This document shows positions 1 to 10,187 of a stretch of DNA of 64,000 nt, one piece after another. Positions within the stretch are counted from its first letter, which is position 1. Every line of letters begins with the position of its first letter. Both the position numbers and the translations under genes were made by a program. The stretch lies in NCBI GenBank assembly GCA_963693055.1, contig OY843751.1:5888001-5952000 (forward strand). The letters run 5' to 3'. The stretch comes from a bacterium. Lineage in GTDB: Bacteria > Zhuqueibacterota > Zhuqueibacteria > Residuimicrobiales > Krinioviventaceae. Below the pieces are notes generated by a model. The model searched no databases and had not been told where the DNA came from. It saw nothing but the letters and a program-made list of their open reading frames with translations.

Positions 1-167
1 GGTAAGGGAAATTGCAGTTCATTTTTCTTCATATATTGCATTAAACGGGCCCACAAACGGCCTATTTCATTTTCTTCAGTCCAACCGCTACTGAATTGAA
101 AAGGATCACCAAAAAAATCGAGTCCTACTAAAATCATACGCTCTTTATGTACTATCCGGGGTTCCAT
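1..167 (-). CDS. GyrI-like (AraC effector-binding) domain protein, 5' part only, runs off the window edge
   Basis: Not in the ORF track; read manually. ATG at 167 after AGGAG gives MEPRIVHKERMILVGLDFFGDPFQFSSGWTEENEIGRLWARL, resembling the GyrI-like N-terminal pattern (LVG...EIGxLW). Confidence 0.65.
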   Translation of the reverse strand, partial: MEPRIVHKERMILVGLDFFGDPFQFSSGWTEENEIGRLWARLMQYMKKNELQFPL

Positions 168-220
168 ATCAATCTCCTGAATAAAAACAGTATCCATTCA
201 ATATACTAAATTGAATGAAT

Positions 221-250
221 AAAAAAAGGTCGTATGAAAACCATACGGCC
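221..250 (-). terminator. Probable intrinsic terminator
   Basis: GGCCGTATG/CATACGACC stem (one mismatch) followed by T7 on the minus strand, just after the stop at 257. Confidence 0.6.
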
Positions 251-256
251 ATTTAG

Positions 257-2743
257 TCATTTGATAAACATAAGCTTTTTAACAAAGGATTCATGCCCGG
301 CTGTAAACCGGCAAAAGTAAACGCTACTTGATATACCCAGGGTGTTGAAACGAATGCTATATTTACCTGCCTGCTGATAACGGTTGTCAACCAGGGTTCT
401 CACCAGCCGTCCCATAATATCATAGACATGGACATTAACAGTTGCATTTTGGGCCAAATGGTATTCGATCTGTGTTGATGGATTGAACGGATTGGGATAC
501 GCATTCATCAAATCCGTTTTTAACGGAACTGTATTCTCGTCCTCCAATCGGGTAATGACCGTATTTACAATTTTAATAGTTCGCGCGCCAACGGTTTTAT
601 TTGCATTCCCCGCATCATCAAGGGTCATTAAATTTAGAGTATAAACACCATCAGTGAATTGGGTGGTATTAAGATAAAATGTGAATCCCGCGTTTTCTGC
701 ATTAAGGTATCCCGGATATTTTTGTGCAACAGTTTCATTCCGCAAGTTATATATGGGTTTACCAATAAACTCTCCGTTTAAATACACAAAAATAGTAGAG
801 CCATCCGTTTGAATGGTGTTTGGCGGTACTGCCAAAACCCAACCGGTGATTTCTACATTCTCGCCAGATACTATTTGTCCATCTGCCGGAGCATCAATGT
901 CTCCAAACGGAAGCACGGCATTGGCGTTATCAATTATAAATGACGCACTTTGTAACAGGGTCACATTACCCTCATAGTCCTCTACCTCGGCTGCAAAGAC
1001 ATATTCACCATTTTCAAACTCGTGACTAGACAAAGAATAATTCCATCCCGCACAATCAACAAAAGGGTATGCCTTATACATGGATTGTACATCCGGCCTT
1101 GTGCTTTCCACCTGAACAGCATCGCCAATATATTGCAGTTCATTTTCATTTTTTAACAAAATTTTGACTGATTGAACGCCAATATCATCCAATGCCCAAC
1201 CTGACAATTGCACATTACCGCTCACAACCTGGTCTTGTGCAGGAGAGATAAATTCTCCAAAAGGGGGCTCTGTTATATCATTCACAGTAAATTTAACAGA
1301 AACATATTCCGATGCAGATGCGTTATTGATCTCAGAGACTACAATTGTGCCGTGATGTTGACCTACAGGTAATCCGGAAGGATCAAGTGTAACCTGCACC
1401 CATCCCGGACCTGTTCCTGTGGGTGGATCTAACACAATCCAATCTTGTTTTGTTTCTACCTGCCAATTTAAAATTCCTTCACCCTTGTTGAACACCTGAA
1501 AATAGTGATTATAGGGGCCAGTAGCCTGTATCTCGTTTCCTGATTGAGGGATGGTTCTTTTCAAATTTGAACCGCCAGCAGGAGCACCGGCTTTAATATT
1601 ATTTGTTGATGTACCGGCAGCAGGCGCAGTACTGTTTTCAATAGTAAAATATCTGGTGCCAATACCATCGGTGTTGCCTACATTATCCGTTGCCACCCAT
1701 TGGATAGTATGCACACCATTTTCATAAGGAGTAGTGTCAAATTCAAAAAAAGCACCTGCTCCATTTGCATTTTGATAATCCGGAAAGAGAGAAGCAATGT
1801 CGGAGCGATATCCATTATACGTTGCCGTTCCAACATTTTGTCCATCAATGAGCACCTGTATATCGCTACCGCATTCATACAACATATTCGGTAAGGGCGT
1901 TAGTGCCCAGCCAGTACATCTAAAATTTGTTCCAAAGGCTTTACCTCCATTTTTAGGAGAATCTATGGCGCCAAAGGGTTTAACCGCATTTTCATTGTCT
2001 ACATGTATTGTAGTTGTTCCCAAATCTGTTCTATTGCCTTCTACATCCCTGGCAACGGCTTTATACATGTGGGTCCCATTATCGTCTGGTACACAATGGG
2101 TTAATATTGGAAACTCCCAACCTCCTTTATAATTTTCAGGATAATCGGGGTATTTTTTGATCTGGTCTGGTCTTATACCTTCTACCAGAGCAGCCTCACC
2201 TAAAAATTTTTCACCATCGTTATCTACTTTGTAAATTTCAACACCATCAATGGCCACATCGTCCAGAGCCCATCCTCCAATGATAACCTGACCACTGACA
2301 GTTGAACCGGATTCCGGCTTATCAACTGCGCCAATGGGTGGTGATGATTGATTCATATAATATGATGTAATTTTACAATACAACTCTTCATCCAGGTTAA
2401 AAGTGTCCAAACCGGAATGAATTAGTACAGTTCCAGCTCCTGAATCATCCTCTAAGCTTGTATCAAACAATTCGGAATCAGGGATGAGATCAACAAATCC
2501 GTTTCCCTTACCTTGCTCAGGCACTACTTTTAACAAGTCATTATCTGATTTCACTACCCATTCTGTATTTTGATCTTTGGCGTTTACATAAACTCTTGCA
2601 CGTGGTTGATAGTTTGAGTTTAGAACATTAGCAAGTGTGATTTCTTTTCTGGAAAATTCAATAGGCTTTTCTTGTGCAATACTTGTTTGAAAATGCAGGG
2701 TAAAAATAATTAAAAGTAATACAGGCAATCCTTTTCGTATCAT
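257..2743 (-). CDS. Secreted multi-Ig/BACON-like repeat protein with a T9SS-type/FlgD-like C-terminal sorting domain
   Basis: Signal peptide; four P[FI]GxxxxP...GW[AV]L repeats; BACON-like segment (LNWQVETKQDWIVLDPPTGTG); C-terminal AYPNPFNPSTQIEY...VYDIMGRLV...KKLMFIK. Confidence 0.8.
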   Translation of the reverse strand: MIRKGLPVLLLIIFTLHFQTSIAQEKPIEFSRKEITLANVLNSNYQPRARVYVNAKDQNTEWVVKSDNDLLKVVPEQGKGNGFVDLIPDSELFDTSLEDDSGAGTVLIHSGLDTFNLDEELYCKITSYYMNQSSPPIGAVDKPESGSTVSGQVIIGGWALDDVAIDGVEIYKVDNDGEKFLGEAALVEGIRPDQIKKYPDYPENYKGGWEFPILTHCVPDDNGTHMYKAVARDVEGNRTDLGTTTIHVDNENAVKPFGAIDSPKNGGKAFGTNFRCTGWALTPLPNMLYECGSDIQVLIDGQNVGTATYNGYRSDIASLFPDYQNANGAGAFFEFDTTPYENGVHTIQWVATDNVGNTDGIGTRYFTIENSTAPAAGTSTNNIKAGAPAGGSNLKRTIPQSGNEIQATGPYNHYFQVFNKGEGILNWQVETKQDWIVLDPPTGTGPGWVQVTLDPSGLPVGQHHGTIVVSEINNASASEYVSVKFTVNDITEPPFGEFISPAQDQVVSGNVQLSGWALDDIGVQSVKILLKNENELQYIGDAVQVESTRPDVQSMYKAYPFVDCAGWNYSLSSHEFENGEYVFAAEVEDYEGNVTLLQSASFIIDNANAVLPFGDIDAPADGQIVSGENVEITGWVLAVPPNTIQTDGSTIFVYLNGEFIGKPIYNLRNETVAQKYPGYLNAENAGFTFYLNTTQFTDGVYTLNLMTLDDAGNANKTVGARTIKIVNTVITRLEDENTVPLKTDLMNAYPNPFNPSTQIEYHLAQNATVNVHVYDIMGRLVRTLVDNRYQQAGKYSIRFNTLGISSSVYFCRFTAGHESFVKKLMFIK

Positions 2744-2956
2744 TTTTCCTCCCGAGCCGGTTAAAAAGTCCTGTCAAAGGGACAAACTGCATATCAAACT
2801 GACATCCTGATTTATTTTTGTCTCTTAACTATAACAAAAACAATTGATTGAAAATTAGTAAATATAATGGAAAATTTTCCGAAAAAGTTTCAAGAACTGT
2901 GCCAGGAGGGTAATGTTTATACCAGGGCCGCTAATTCACGGCCCCGGCAATTTAAA

Positions 2957-3418
2957 TCAATCCATGGGTGCTATGCCTCCTTCAGGCATCCATTCCGGCC
3001 ATCCCTCTAACCAATTCGGTATAAACGCGTTTTTCACACGATCACATACCGGGAAATAGGGCTTTAAATCCAAAACCTGTGTATTATCAACAGCATCGAT
3101 ATTAGCAACCTCAATTTGTCCGGTCCCATTATCTATATGAACAATAGGACACACAGACATGGCAATGGGATTCGGTCGGTATTCCGCACGGCAGGCAAAC
3201 ACACCCGCGGTTTTATCCTCGGCATACGGAAGCTGTGTCTGTAATTTTGCGCGGTCCTTTTCATTATCACAACGGTCTGCCCACCAGAAGACCACCACAT
3301 GGCTAAATTCATCCAGTCGCAACAATCCATCTTTATAGTCCGGATTCAGTTGAACAACTGTTTTTCCATTTTCACGCAACACCTGCCCGATTGTTTTTAC
3401 CTGAAATTGCTTCTGCAT
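2957..3418 (-). CDS. TsaA/TrmO (YaeB) family SAM-dependent tRNA methyltransferase domain protein
   Basis: Motifs GVFACRAEYRPNPIAMS and DAVDNTQVLDLKPY; AGGAG RBS. Confidence 0.85.
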   Translation of the reverse strand: MQKQFQVKTIGQVLRENGKTVVQLNPDYKDGLLRLDEFSHVVVFWWADRCDNEKDRAKLQTQLPYAEDKTAGVFACRAEYRPNPIAMSVCPIVHIDNGTGQIEVANIDAVDNTQVLDLKPYFPVCDRVKNAFIPNWLEGWPEWMPEGGIAPMD

Positions 3419-3588
3419 TTTTATCTCCTGTATTGATTATAATTGACAGATAAAAATACAATACTCTCAGACCTTTTTCTTGATCCTGCTTGCCCAATAC
3501 CAATCCCAATAATAACAATTGCGATCAAACCTGACAAATCTTGCTTTTTGATGTAATAGTTTTAGCCGATAAAATGATATAAAGCTCT

Positions 3589-3623
3589 AAAAAAAGGCCC
3601 CGATGCAATGATCGGGGCCTTTT
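3589..3623. terminator. Intrinsic terminator (can act in both directions)
   Basis: AAAAGGCCCCGAT-gcaatg-ATCGGGGCCTTTT perfect stem downstream of the rRNA methyltransferase gene. Confidence 0.85.
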
Positions 3624-3642
3624 ATAACGATTATAACTTTAT

Positions 3643-4830
3643 TTACCACACCCTGCAAATCAATCCTTTTAAATACTCTCCTTCCGGGAAATTGGCTGCT
3701 ATGGGGTGATCCTCAGGCTGACCCAGGTGCCTTAATATATGCACATCCCGGCCCGAATCTGCGGCTGATGCCGCGATGATCTTTTGGAACAGATCTCGGT
3801 TCACATGTCCTGAGCAGGAAAAGGTAAACAAGATACCACCGGGATTCAATAGTTTCATTGCTAACAGGTTAATATCTTTGTATCCCCTGCTTGCTTTTTG
3901 TACCTGATGGGCAGATTGCGCGAATTTGGGAGGATCAATCACAATAACGTCAAAAGATTTTCTGGCATCACGATAGGTCCGTAATTGTTTAAAAACATCC
4001 GCTTCAAGGTGCTCAATCTTTTCCATGTCGAACCCATTTTGCTCCGCTGCCTGTCGTGCTAAATCAAGCGCGTCTGCTGAAGAATCCATCTGCACTACAT
4101 GTTCGGCGCCACTTTGCAGTGCCCACAGACCGAATCCGCCGGTATAACTAAAGGCGTTCAGCACAGATGCGCCCTGACAAAAGGCTGAAAACGCAGCACG
4201 ATTGTCTCGCTGGTCCAGATAGTATCCCGATTTATGCCCGGTTCGTACATCCACAGGGATGGCAATGCCTCCCTCGTGTATCCAGATCAGTGTCGGTGGT
4301 TCTTCACCCCACAACTTTCCAATAGATATGGGCAGGCCTTCTTTGTCGCGGCTTTCGGAATCTGACCTTTCAAAAATCCCGGCACAGGGTGCCAGTTCTG
4401 CAAGAATGGCCACAATATCTGCTTTCCAATGTTCTACGCCTGCTGAAGTAAACTGGCAAACCAGGTATTCATTATACTGGTCCACAACCAGACCGGGCAG
4501 ACCATCTGCTTCGGCATTGATCAAACGGATTGCAGTAGTAAACCCGGATTCGTTCAGCCAGGCCCGTCCGGACATGGCCCGCTCAATTCGACGACGAAAA
4601 AAATCAACGTCAATGGTTTCGGTCTCGTCAAAACTCCAGACCCGTACCCGTATTTGTGATTCGGGCGAGTACGCTCCCTTGCCCACCGGCTTGCCGGAGG
4701 ACGTAATAATGTCAACGGTCTCACCACTTGCGGGTTCGCCTCTGACTTCTTGAATGGCCCCGGAAAAAATCCACGGGTGCCGACGCTGAATAAACGCGTC
4801 ATGCTTGGGTAATAAATGTATGCTTTTCAT
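3643..4830 (-). CDS. rlmI: 23S rRNA m5C1962 methyltransferase RlmI-like (PUA + class I SAM MTase)
   Basis: RRHPWIFSGAI, EADGLPGLVVD, GHKSGYYLDQRDNR, LNAFSYTGGF, DPPKF, FSCSG. Start moved to ATG 4830 (MKSIHLL), 395 aa. Confidence 0.88.
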   Translation of the reverse strand: MKSIHLLPKHDAFIQRRHPWIFSGAIQEVRGEPASGETVDIITSSGKPVGKGAYSPESQIRVRVWSFDETETIDVDFFRRRIERAMSGRAWLNESGFTTAIRLINAEADGLPGLVVDQYNEYLVCQFTSAGVEHWKADIVAILAELAPCAGIFERSDSESRDKEGLPISIGKLWGEEPPTLIWIHEGGIAIPVDVRTGHKSGYYLDQRDNRAAFSAFCQGASVLNAFSYTGGFGLWALQSGAEHVVQMDSSADALDLARQAAEQNGFDMEKIEHLEADVFKQLRTYRDARKSFDVIVIDPPKFAQSAHQVQKASRGYKDINLLAMKLLNPGGILFTFSCSGHVNRDLFQKIIAASAADSGRDVHILRHLGQPEDHPIAANFPEGEYLKGLICRVW

Positions 4831-5290
4831 GCCGGAATATACTAAAAAGAAAGTATAAATAATATTAAATTTCATACTATTTTTAATATTGTGCAGGGAT
4901 TTGATCAAATTTAAGCAATAGTATTTGCCAGGCGGAATATATATTAGGACATTTGTCCTGGTTGTAAATAAAAATATTGCGGGAGAAATATTCCGAAACA
5001 ATATTCCGTGATGCAGGGCTTTGCATCACGATCAAGGACATCGTGCATGCAATCGAACTCAGGCTCCGGTTACCGATAAAAAAGGGCAAGCTTCTTCACC
5101 TGCTGCGGACAAACGAAACAAGTTTCGTTCTATCTAAAGATCTCATTTCAATAGAACATTTTTTATCTACAGGTGAAACGTATTGCCTGCCTTATACGTC
5201 AAATAATAAAGCCGCCAATGGACAAGAGCGTTTTATTTTATCTGCCAATTTACTATATTACGGCAGTAAAATAAAAAAAAGGAAAACCTA

Positions 5291-5875
5291 TTGAAATCTA
5301 TATGCGTATTCTGCGGATCTGGCAAGGGTTCATCCCCTGAATATATTAATGCCGCCCAAGAACTGGGCCGTCTGTTGGTCAAAGAAAATCTGGATCTGGT
5401 ATATGGCGGCGCGCGCGTGGGCCTTATGAACGAAATAGCCAACACCGTGCTGGAAGGCGGCGGCAAAGTTACGGGTGTAATGCCGCAATATCTGGTGGAC
5501 AAAGAAGTGGCCCATACCGGCATTACAAAGCTGCATATTGTTAAAGATATGCACCAGCGCAAAGCAATGCTGTCTGAATTGTCTGACGGTTTTATTGCCA
5601 TGCCAGGCGGACTGGGCACGCTGGAAGAGATATTTGAAGCTTTAACATGGGCCCAGCTTGGCATCCATAAAAAACCGTGCGGATTTTTGAATGTAAACGG
5701 ATTTTATGATAAACTACTGGACTTTTTGGACCATGCCGTTGACCAGGAATTCATCAAATCCGATAACCGGAAACTGGTCATGAGAGACCCGTCACCGGAG
5801 AATCTGCTTGAATTGATGCGAAACTATATTCCGCCCGGTGTTGACAAGGCAAAATGGATTTTACATATACAATAA
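5291..5875 (+). CDS. LOG/YvdD family (TIGR00730) nucleotide phosphoribohydrolase
   Basis: ICVFCGS, LVYGGARVGLM, MHQRK, PGGLGTLEE motifs. Confidence 0.92.
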   Translation: MKSICVFCGSGKGSSPEYINAAQELGRLLVKENLDLVYGGARVGLMNEIANTVLEGGGKVTGVMPQYLVDKEVAHTGITKLHIVKDMHQRKAMLSELSDGFIAMPGGLGTLEEIFEALTWAQLGIHKKPCGFLNVNGFYDKLLDFLDHAVDQEFIKSDNRKLVMRDPSPENLLELMRNYIPPGVDKAKWILHIQ

Positions 5876-5896
5876 TTTTTTAATTATTGGGGAGAG

Positions 5897-6904
5897 TTGA
5901 ACATGTCATTGCACAAAATTATATCCGCCTGTTTGCTGATGCTTTTTTTTACGACAACTGCTGATGCCAGGCCAAACAACACGTTTCGCTATGAGAATAA
6001 AAAGTATCGCTTTTTTCCTGAAACCTCTAAAAAAAGACCGGACCTGCCGTCGCCGTTGGTGCTGGAAGATGGCCGTCAGATTGTGACCTGCTTTACCATC
6101 GACAAGCAGTATACGCTGATTGATGTTACCATTGCCAATGACGATTCCCTCAACTATCAGAAAAACCTGTGGCTGGGCAAGGGCCGTCAAAAGAGTGTTG
6201 ACGGTATCGACTTTCCCACACTCGCCCGCACCGGTCTACACTCTGAACAAGAGTTGGACCAGACCCGAACCATCACCGGTAAATCTATTCAGGAAATCAA
6301 CGATATTGCCCGTCCCGAGCAGTACTCGGGTATGGGATTCATCAGCTTTGACGAAGATATACTCTCGGTGCTCAAAGGCGACAACCGTCTGGTAGAAAAA
6401 GCGGGATTCACACATCCGCAAATAGTTGAACCGCTCTTCCATGTATGGAATGTGATCCAGGCTGCGGCCCGACAGAACAAAAAAATGCCGGTTGCCGATG
6501 CAATTGAAGGCATTTGTTATAATGATCAAAAAATCTATCTACAGGTATGGGGCGCGCTGGGTTGGCAGGAATCCATTTTTAACGATGAAATTCTGGGCTA
6601 TTGGGAGATTGAGGTCTGGCGAGATTTGAGTGATGAGGAAAAATCCTTTATTGAAAAAACCTATGCCGATCTGGACGAGAGACAAATGGAATCGCTTTTA
6701 CACAACCTGTCATACATCCACACCGGTGAGATGGTACCCTATTACATTATGCGCTACGGTTTTTACGAAGGCCATACCGGCTACCGCGCGGATCCCATCT
6801 CGATCCTCTCGGTATTTGGATTGAAAAGAATACAGGACCTGCACACAAGCATGGATGGCGATCTGTACAAGGCTTTGAATACGCATTTTACTTCAGAACA
6901 ATAA
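5897..6904 (+). CDS. Hypothetical exported protein
   Basis: 335-aa ORF with a Sec-type signal peptide (ADA/R) and GGGAGAG RBS; no family recognised. Confidence 0.7.
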   Translation: MNMSLHKIISACLLMLFFTTTADARPNNTFRYENKKYRFFPETSKKRPDLPSPLVLEDGRQIVTCFTIDKQYTLIDVTIANDDSLNYQKNLWLGKGRQKSVDGIDFPTLARTGLHSEQELDQTRTITGKSIQEINDIARPEQYSGMGFISFDEDILSVLKGDNRLVEKAGFTHPQIVEPLFHVWNVIQAAARQNKKMPVADAIEGICYNDQKIYLQVWGALGWQESIFNDEILGYWEIEVWRDLSDEEKSFIEKTYADLDERQMESLLHNLSYIHTGEMVPYYIMRYGFYEGHTGYRADPISILSVFGLKRIQDLHTSMDGDLYKALNTHFTSEQ

Positions 6905-6910
6905 TTTTCG

Positions 6911-9337
6911 CTAATATACCACCCGTATACCTATTGTAGGGATTGGCGGCATGGATGTGTACGGGTGTTTTACATAATAATCCACATACTTGCCATTGCG
7001 GGTATCGTACGAGATTGTCCCGAATTCTTTATAAAATAAAACATTTTTACGCGCATACAGGTTGCGAACGCCGGCGTAAAATGACATGTGCCAGGTGCTG
7101 AAATGAAACTCTTTTTCCAAACTCACATCAAGGCGATGGTACCACGGATGGCGGATTTTGCCCGGTGGTACGTCAATATAAATCACATCATAATAGTCCT
7201 GTTCCATGTCTGACCAGTTGCTGTCCCAGGGGATCCTTCGGTACGCGGAAATGTATTTATCAGCATAATAGGGCACGCCGCTGTAAATCACAAATGAGCC
7301 CGAAAACTTCCAGCCTTTGCCCAGTGGACGCGAGAAATAGGTGTCGAAACGATAGCGCTGGTCCCAGTTGGTATCGGTTTTCACACCCGAAATGGTACGA
7401 TAGGTACGGCCCACTGTTGCGGCAAACCAGCTCTGCCAGCCCATCAGTTTGGTTTTCAAAAACAGTTCCACGCCATATGCAGTACCGGGCTGTTGAATAA
7501 AATCGGGTCCAGGTCCTATCGAGCGAACCAGGTTACTGTATTGCTTGTAATAAGATGATAGAGAGATCTGGGTATTGTCTTTGGCGTATTCCACATTGGC
7601 GATCCAGTGGTTGGCGCTTTCCTGTTGCAGCGAATCATTAAGCGGAAAATAGAGCCGTAAAAAGCCCACCAGCCCGTCTTCAAGTGCCGTTGCTAATCCC
7701 TGGGTATAGCGTCCGTACGCGCCGGTCACCGACCAGTTCGGATTGATTTGATATTTCGCGTTCAGGCGCGGCTCGGGAATGACCTTACTGTTCCCCTGCC
7801 AGCGCGTTAGGCGCAATCCCCCACGCACGGTCAGGGGAGTTTCCGGCTGCCACAGCGCTTCGGCAAAACCGGTATACATGTTTGCACTGTTTGTATACGC
7901 AAAAGCATCTGTAGGCGCCTGATCAAAATAGATACCGATCTGCTCATTGTAGTCCCACAAGGGAGATACAGGCAGATAGTTGGAACCCCAACCATAATCG
8001 GGTTTGAACGTGGATTTCAACGCCCCGGCAGTCAACCGCCATGCTTTGGATACGTCCCAATCCATCTGTATATTGATGGAATGATCAGTCAGATCATTTG
8101 CAACCTCTTCTTTTTGATAAATAAAATCATCTTTTGCCTGTTGCAATTCTTCCTGGGCCCAATCCGGCACATCACCGGGAATATCCAATTCATTCTCATA
8201 TTCATAGGAATTACCGGCAACACTGGTATAGAGCTGTGTGGAAACATTTATCCTGTCTGTCACACGATAATCCCATTTCACACTTGCCAATGTGTTTTGC
8301 CATGAATAGGTATTAGCAACATGGTATTGATATTCGATGTATTCTATTTCTTCTGCACTTTCATCCTTATAAATAGTTTGGTCGCTGTCATATTCGGAGG
8401 TGTATTTATCTTTAAAGTTAAATGCCATCAACGAGATCGTATGCCTTGGGTGTGGTGTATAGGAGATCTTGCCAAACACATCGTAAAAGCCATAGGGCAC
8501 ACCGTCTCCCAGGTTCTTGAACAGGGTTTCCACATAGCTTTTTCGGCCCGAGACGATCCATTCCAGTTTGTTACCAAACCTGCCGCTGGCTGTCAAGTCC
8601 GCACCGATGATAGAGAGATCGCTGCTGATCTCGAGCGCCTTTTGCGGCGAGTGTGCTTTAACATTCAACACCGAACTGAGCCGGTTGCCATAGCGCGCGG
8701 AAAACCCGCCGGGAGAAAAGTGCACTTCGCCCACCAGGTCGGTATTGAACGCGCTGGCAAGACCAAACAGGTGAAAGGGATAATAGACCGGCACACCTTC
8801 CAACAGCACCAGATTCTGATCGGGATTGCCGCCGCGCACATTCAGCTCGTTGGTGAGCTCGTTCATGGTGATCACCCCGGGCAGGAACTGCAGTGCATTG
8901 TTTATGTCCGGCTGTAAGGTATAAGGCACGGTACGGATATCGCTTAAATTCATGCGCAGCGCGCCCGGTTCCAAAGACAATGCCACGGTTTCGTCTTTGT
9001 AGCGGTCAGATTCCACCCGCAGCTCGTTCAGCACCAGCACCTTGCGCTCCAGTTCAATATAATGGGTCCCCGCGGATATACCGTTTGCCGCGATACGTGC
9101 GGACTCGTAACCCATATATCGAATGATCAGTGTATCGTTTTCCATTTCGGAAGGCGGCATTGAAAAACGTCCGTGCGAATCTGAAATAACGCCTGCCCCG
9201 CTCTTGCTGAAAAACACATTGGCCCCGGCCAGAGTGTGGCGCGAGGCACGGTCCTGCACTACGCCGTTGATCATCTCTTTTGCGCCTGCCCACTGCAATG
9301 CCACAAAAACAAATACAACAATGATATATCTATTCAA
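6911..9337 (-). CDS. TonB-dependent receptor (carboxypeptidase-regulatory-like N-domain, plug, beta-barrel)
   Basis: LQFLPGV...LNVRGGNPDQNLVLLEGVPVY, GGFSARYGNRLSSV, EPRLNAKY, YHRLDVS, terminal aromatic residue. TTG start overlaps the upstream stop. Confidence 0.9.
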   Translation of the reverse strand: MNRYIIVVFVFVALQWAGAKEMINGVVQDRASRHTLAGANVFFSKSGAGVISDSHGRFSMPPSEMENDTLIIRYMGYESARIAANGISAGTHYIELERKVLVLNELRVESDRYKDETVALSLEPGALRMNLSDIRTVPYTLQPDINNALQFLPGVITMNELTNELNVRGGNPDQNLVLLEGVPVYYPFHLFGLASAFNTDLVGEVHFSPGGFSARYGNRLSSVLNVKAHSPQKALEISSDLSIIGADLTASGRFGNKLEWIVSGRKSYVETLFKNLGDGVPYGFYDVFGKISYTPHPRHTISLMAFNFKDKYTSEYDSDQTIYKDESAEEIEYIEYQYHVANTYSWQNTLASVKWDYRVTDRINVSTQLYTSVAGNSYEYENELDIPGDVPDWAQEELQQAKDDFIYQKEEVANDLTDHSINIQMDWDVSKAWRLTAGALKSTFKPDYGWGSNYLPVSPLWDYNEQIGIYFDQAPTDAFAYTNSANMYTGFAEALWQPETPLTVRGGLRLTRWQGNSKVIPEPRLNAKYQINPNWSVTGAYGRYTQGLATALEDGLVGFLRLYFPLNDSLQQESANHWIANVEYAKDNTQISLSSYYKQYSNLVRSIGPGPDFIQQPGTAYGVELFLKTKLMGWQSWFAATVGRTYRTISGVKTDTNWDQRYRFDTYFSRPLGKGWKFSGSFVIYSGVPYYADKYISAYRRIPWDSNWSDMEQDYYDVIYIDVPPGKIRHPWYHRLDVSLEKEFHFSTWHMSFYAGVRNLYARKNVLFYKEFGTISYDTRNGKYVDYYVKHPYTSMPPIPTIGIRVVY

Positions 9338-10187
9338 AGGTCAATATCTCCTTTTTAAATCTAACAATAACACTGTCCGTGATAGTATATGTCGATGAGA
9401 AATACCCAAATCCGCCACCATGAATGTTATCATTTTCTCCGGATTTCATCCCTTTACTGATATAGTCTTCAATGATGGGATCAATTTTATTCAAATCGTA
9501 ATAATATGAATGTTGATAGGGTAAAAAAGTTGAATCAAAGGCGGTTATTTTAATTTTTATTTTTTCCGTCCACTCGGATACCAAGGTATCCTTGAGACTT
9601 GCATGCTCAATAGCAGGCAGCACGGAACAGGTATCAAATGATGCAATTCCGTTATAAAAAATCCCTATTGAATACCAAAAGGCATGCTCGCTTTTACTGT
9701 AGCGAATTTGTGGTGAGACATATTCTGAAATCGAAAAATAGGGGTAGTACTTTTGCGTGAAACCTTTATATATATAATCCAGCGTGTCCGGCATATCTTC
9801 TTTTAACAAACGGAACTCGCCCGGAATATATGTATGGGCATATAACAGCACATCGTCATTAATACGCGCGGAAATATCATATCGTTCACCCGGTACAATA
9901 TCCACCTGCTCCTGTTCATCCGCGTAAACACCGGGCTGCAATTCGTCCAGCACCGCGCTCTGACCGTTACTACTCAGCGTAACCACTGCACCGCTCACAT
10001 CTTCAGGCATAGTCTCGGGCAATGAATAGCCCACCACCGCGCCAATAGGAGTAATATAGGCTGAAATTTTACTGAAGAGATAATAGGTACCCATGGAATC
10101 CGGGTCTACCAATATCGGATCATGGGTGCAGGAAAGAATACCTAACATCAGAAAGATTGTTATCTTTATTAATCGAAAATTATTCAA
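9330..10187 (-). CDS. DUF4249-like lipoprotein, array copy C (TBDR-proximal)
   Basis: TTG start at 10187 overlapping the upstream TAA (TTGAATAA) after GGAG; lipobox ILSC; VSGAVVTL, PGERYDI and NIHGGGFGYF motifs typical of DUF4249 partners of TBDRs. Confidence 0.75.
   Translation of the reverse strand: MNNFRLIKITIFLMLGILSCTHDPILVDPDSMGTYYLFSKISAYITPIGAVVGYSLPETMPEDVSGAVVTLSSNGQSAVLDELQPGVYADEQEQVDIVPGERYDISARINDDVLLYAHTYIPGEFRLLKEDMPDTLDYIYKGFTQKYYPYFSISEYVSPQIRYSKSEHAFWYSIGIFYNGIASFDTCSVLPAIEHASLKDTLVSEWTEKIKIKITAFDSTFLPYQHSYYYDLNKIDPIIEDYISKGMKSGENDNIHGGGFGYFSSTYTITDSVIVRFKKEILTFE

Noticed and set aside
3421-3537. 38-codon hydrophobic minus-strand ORF upstream of the TsaA-like gene
   Set aside because: TTG start without a clear RBS and no recognisable homology; cannot be supported.
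4975-5070. Glycine riboswitch (GGGAGA...CTCAGG)
   Set aside because: The CCGAAG core is not properly placed and the downstream gene is unrelated to glycine metabolism.
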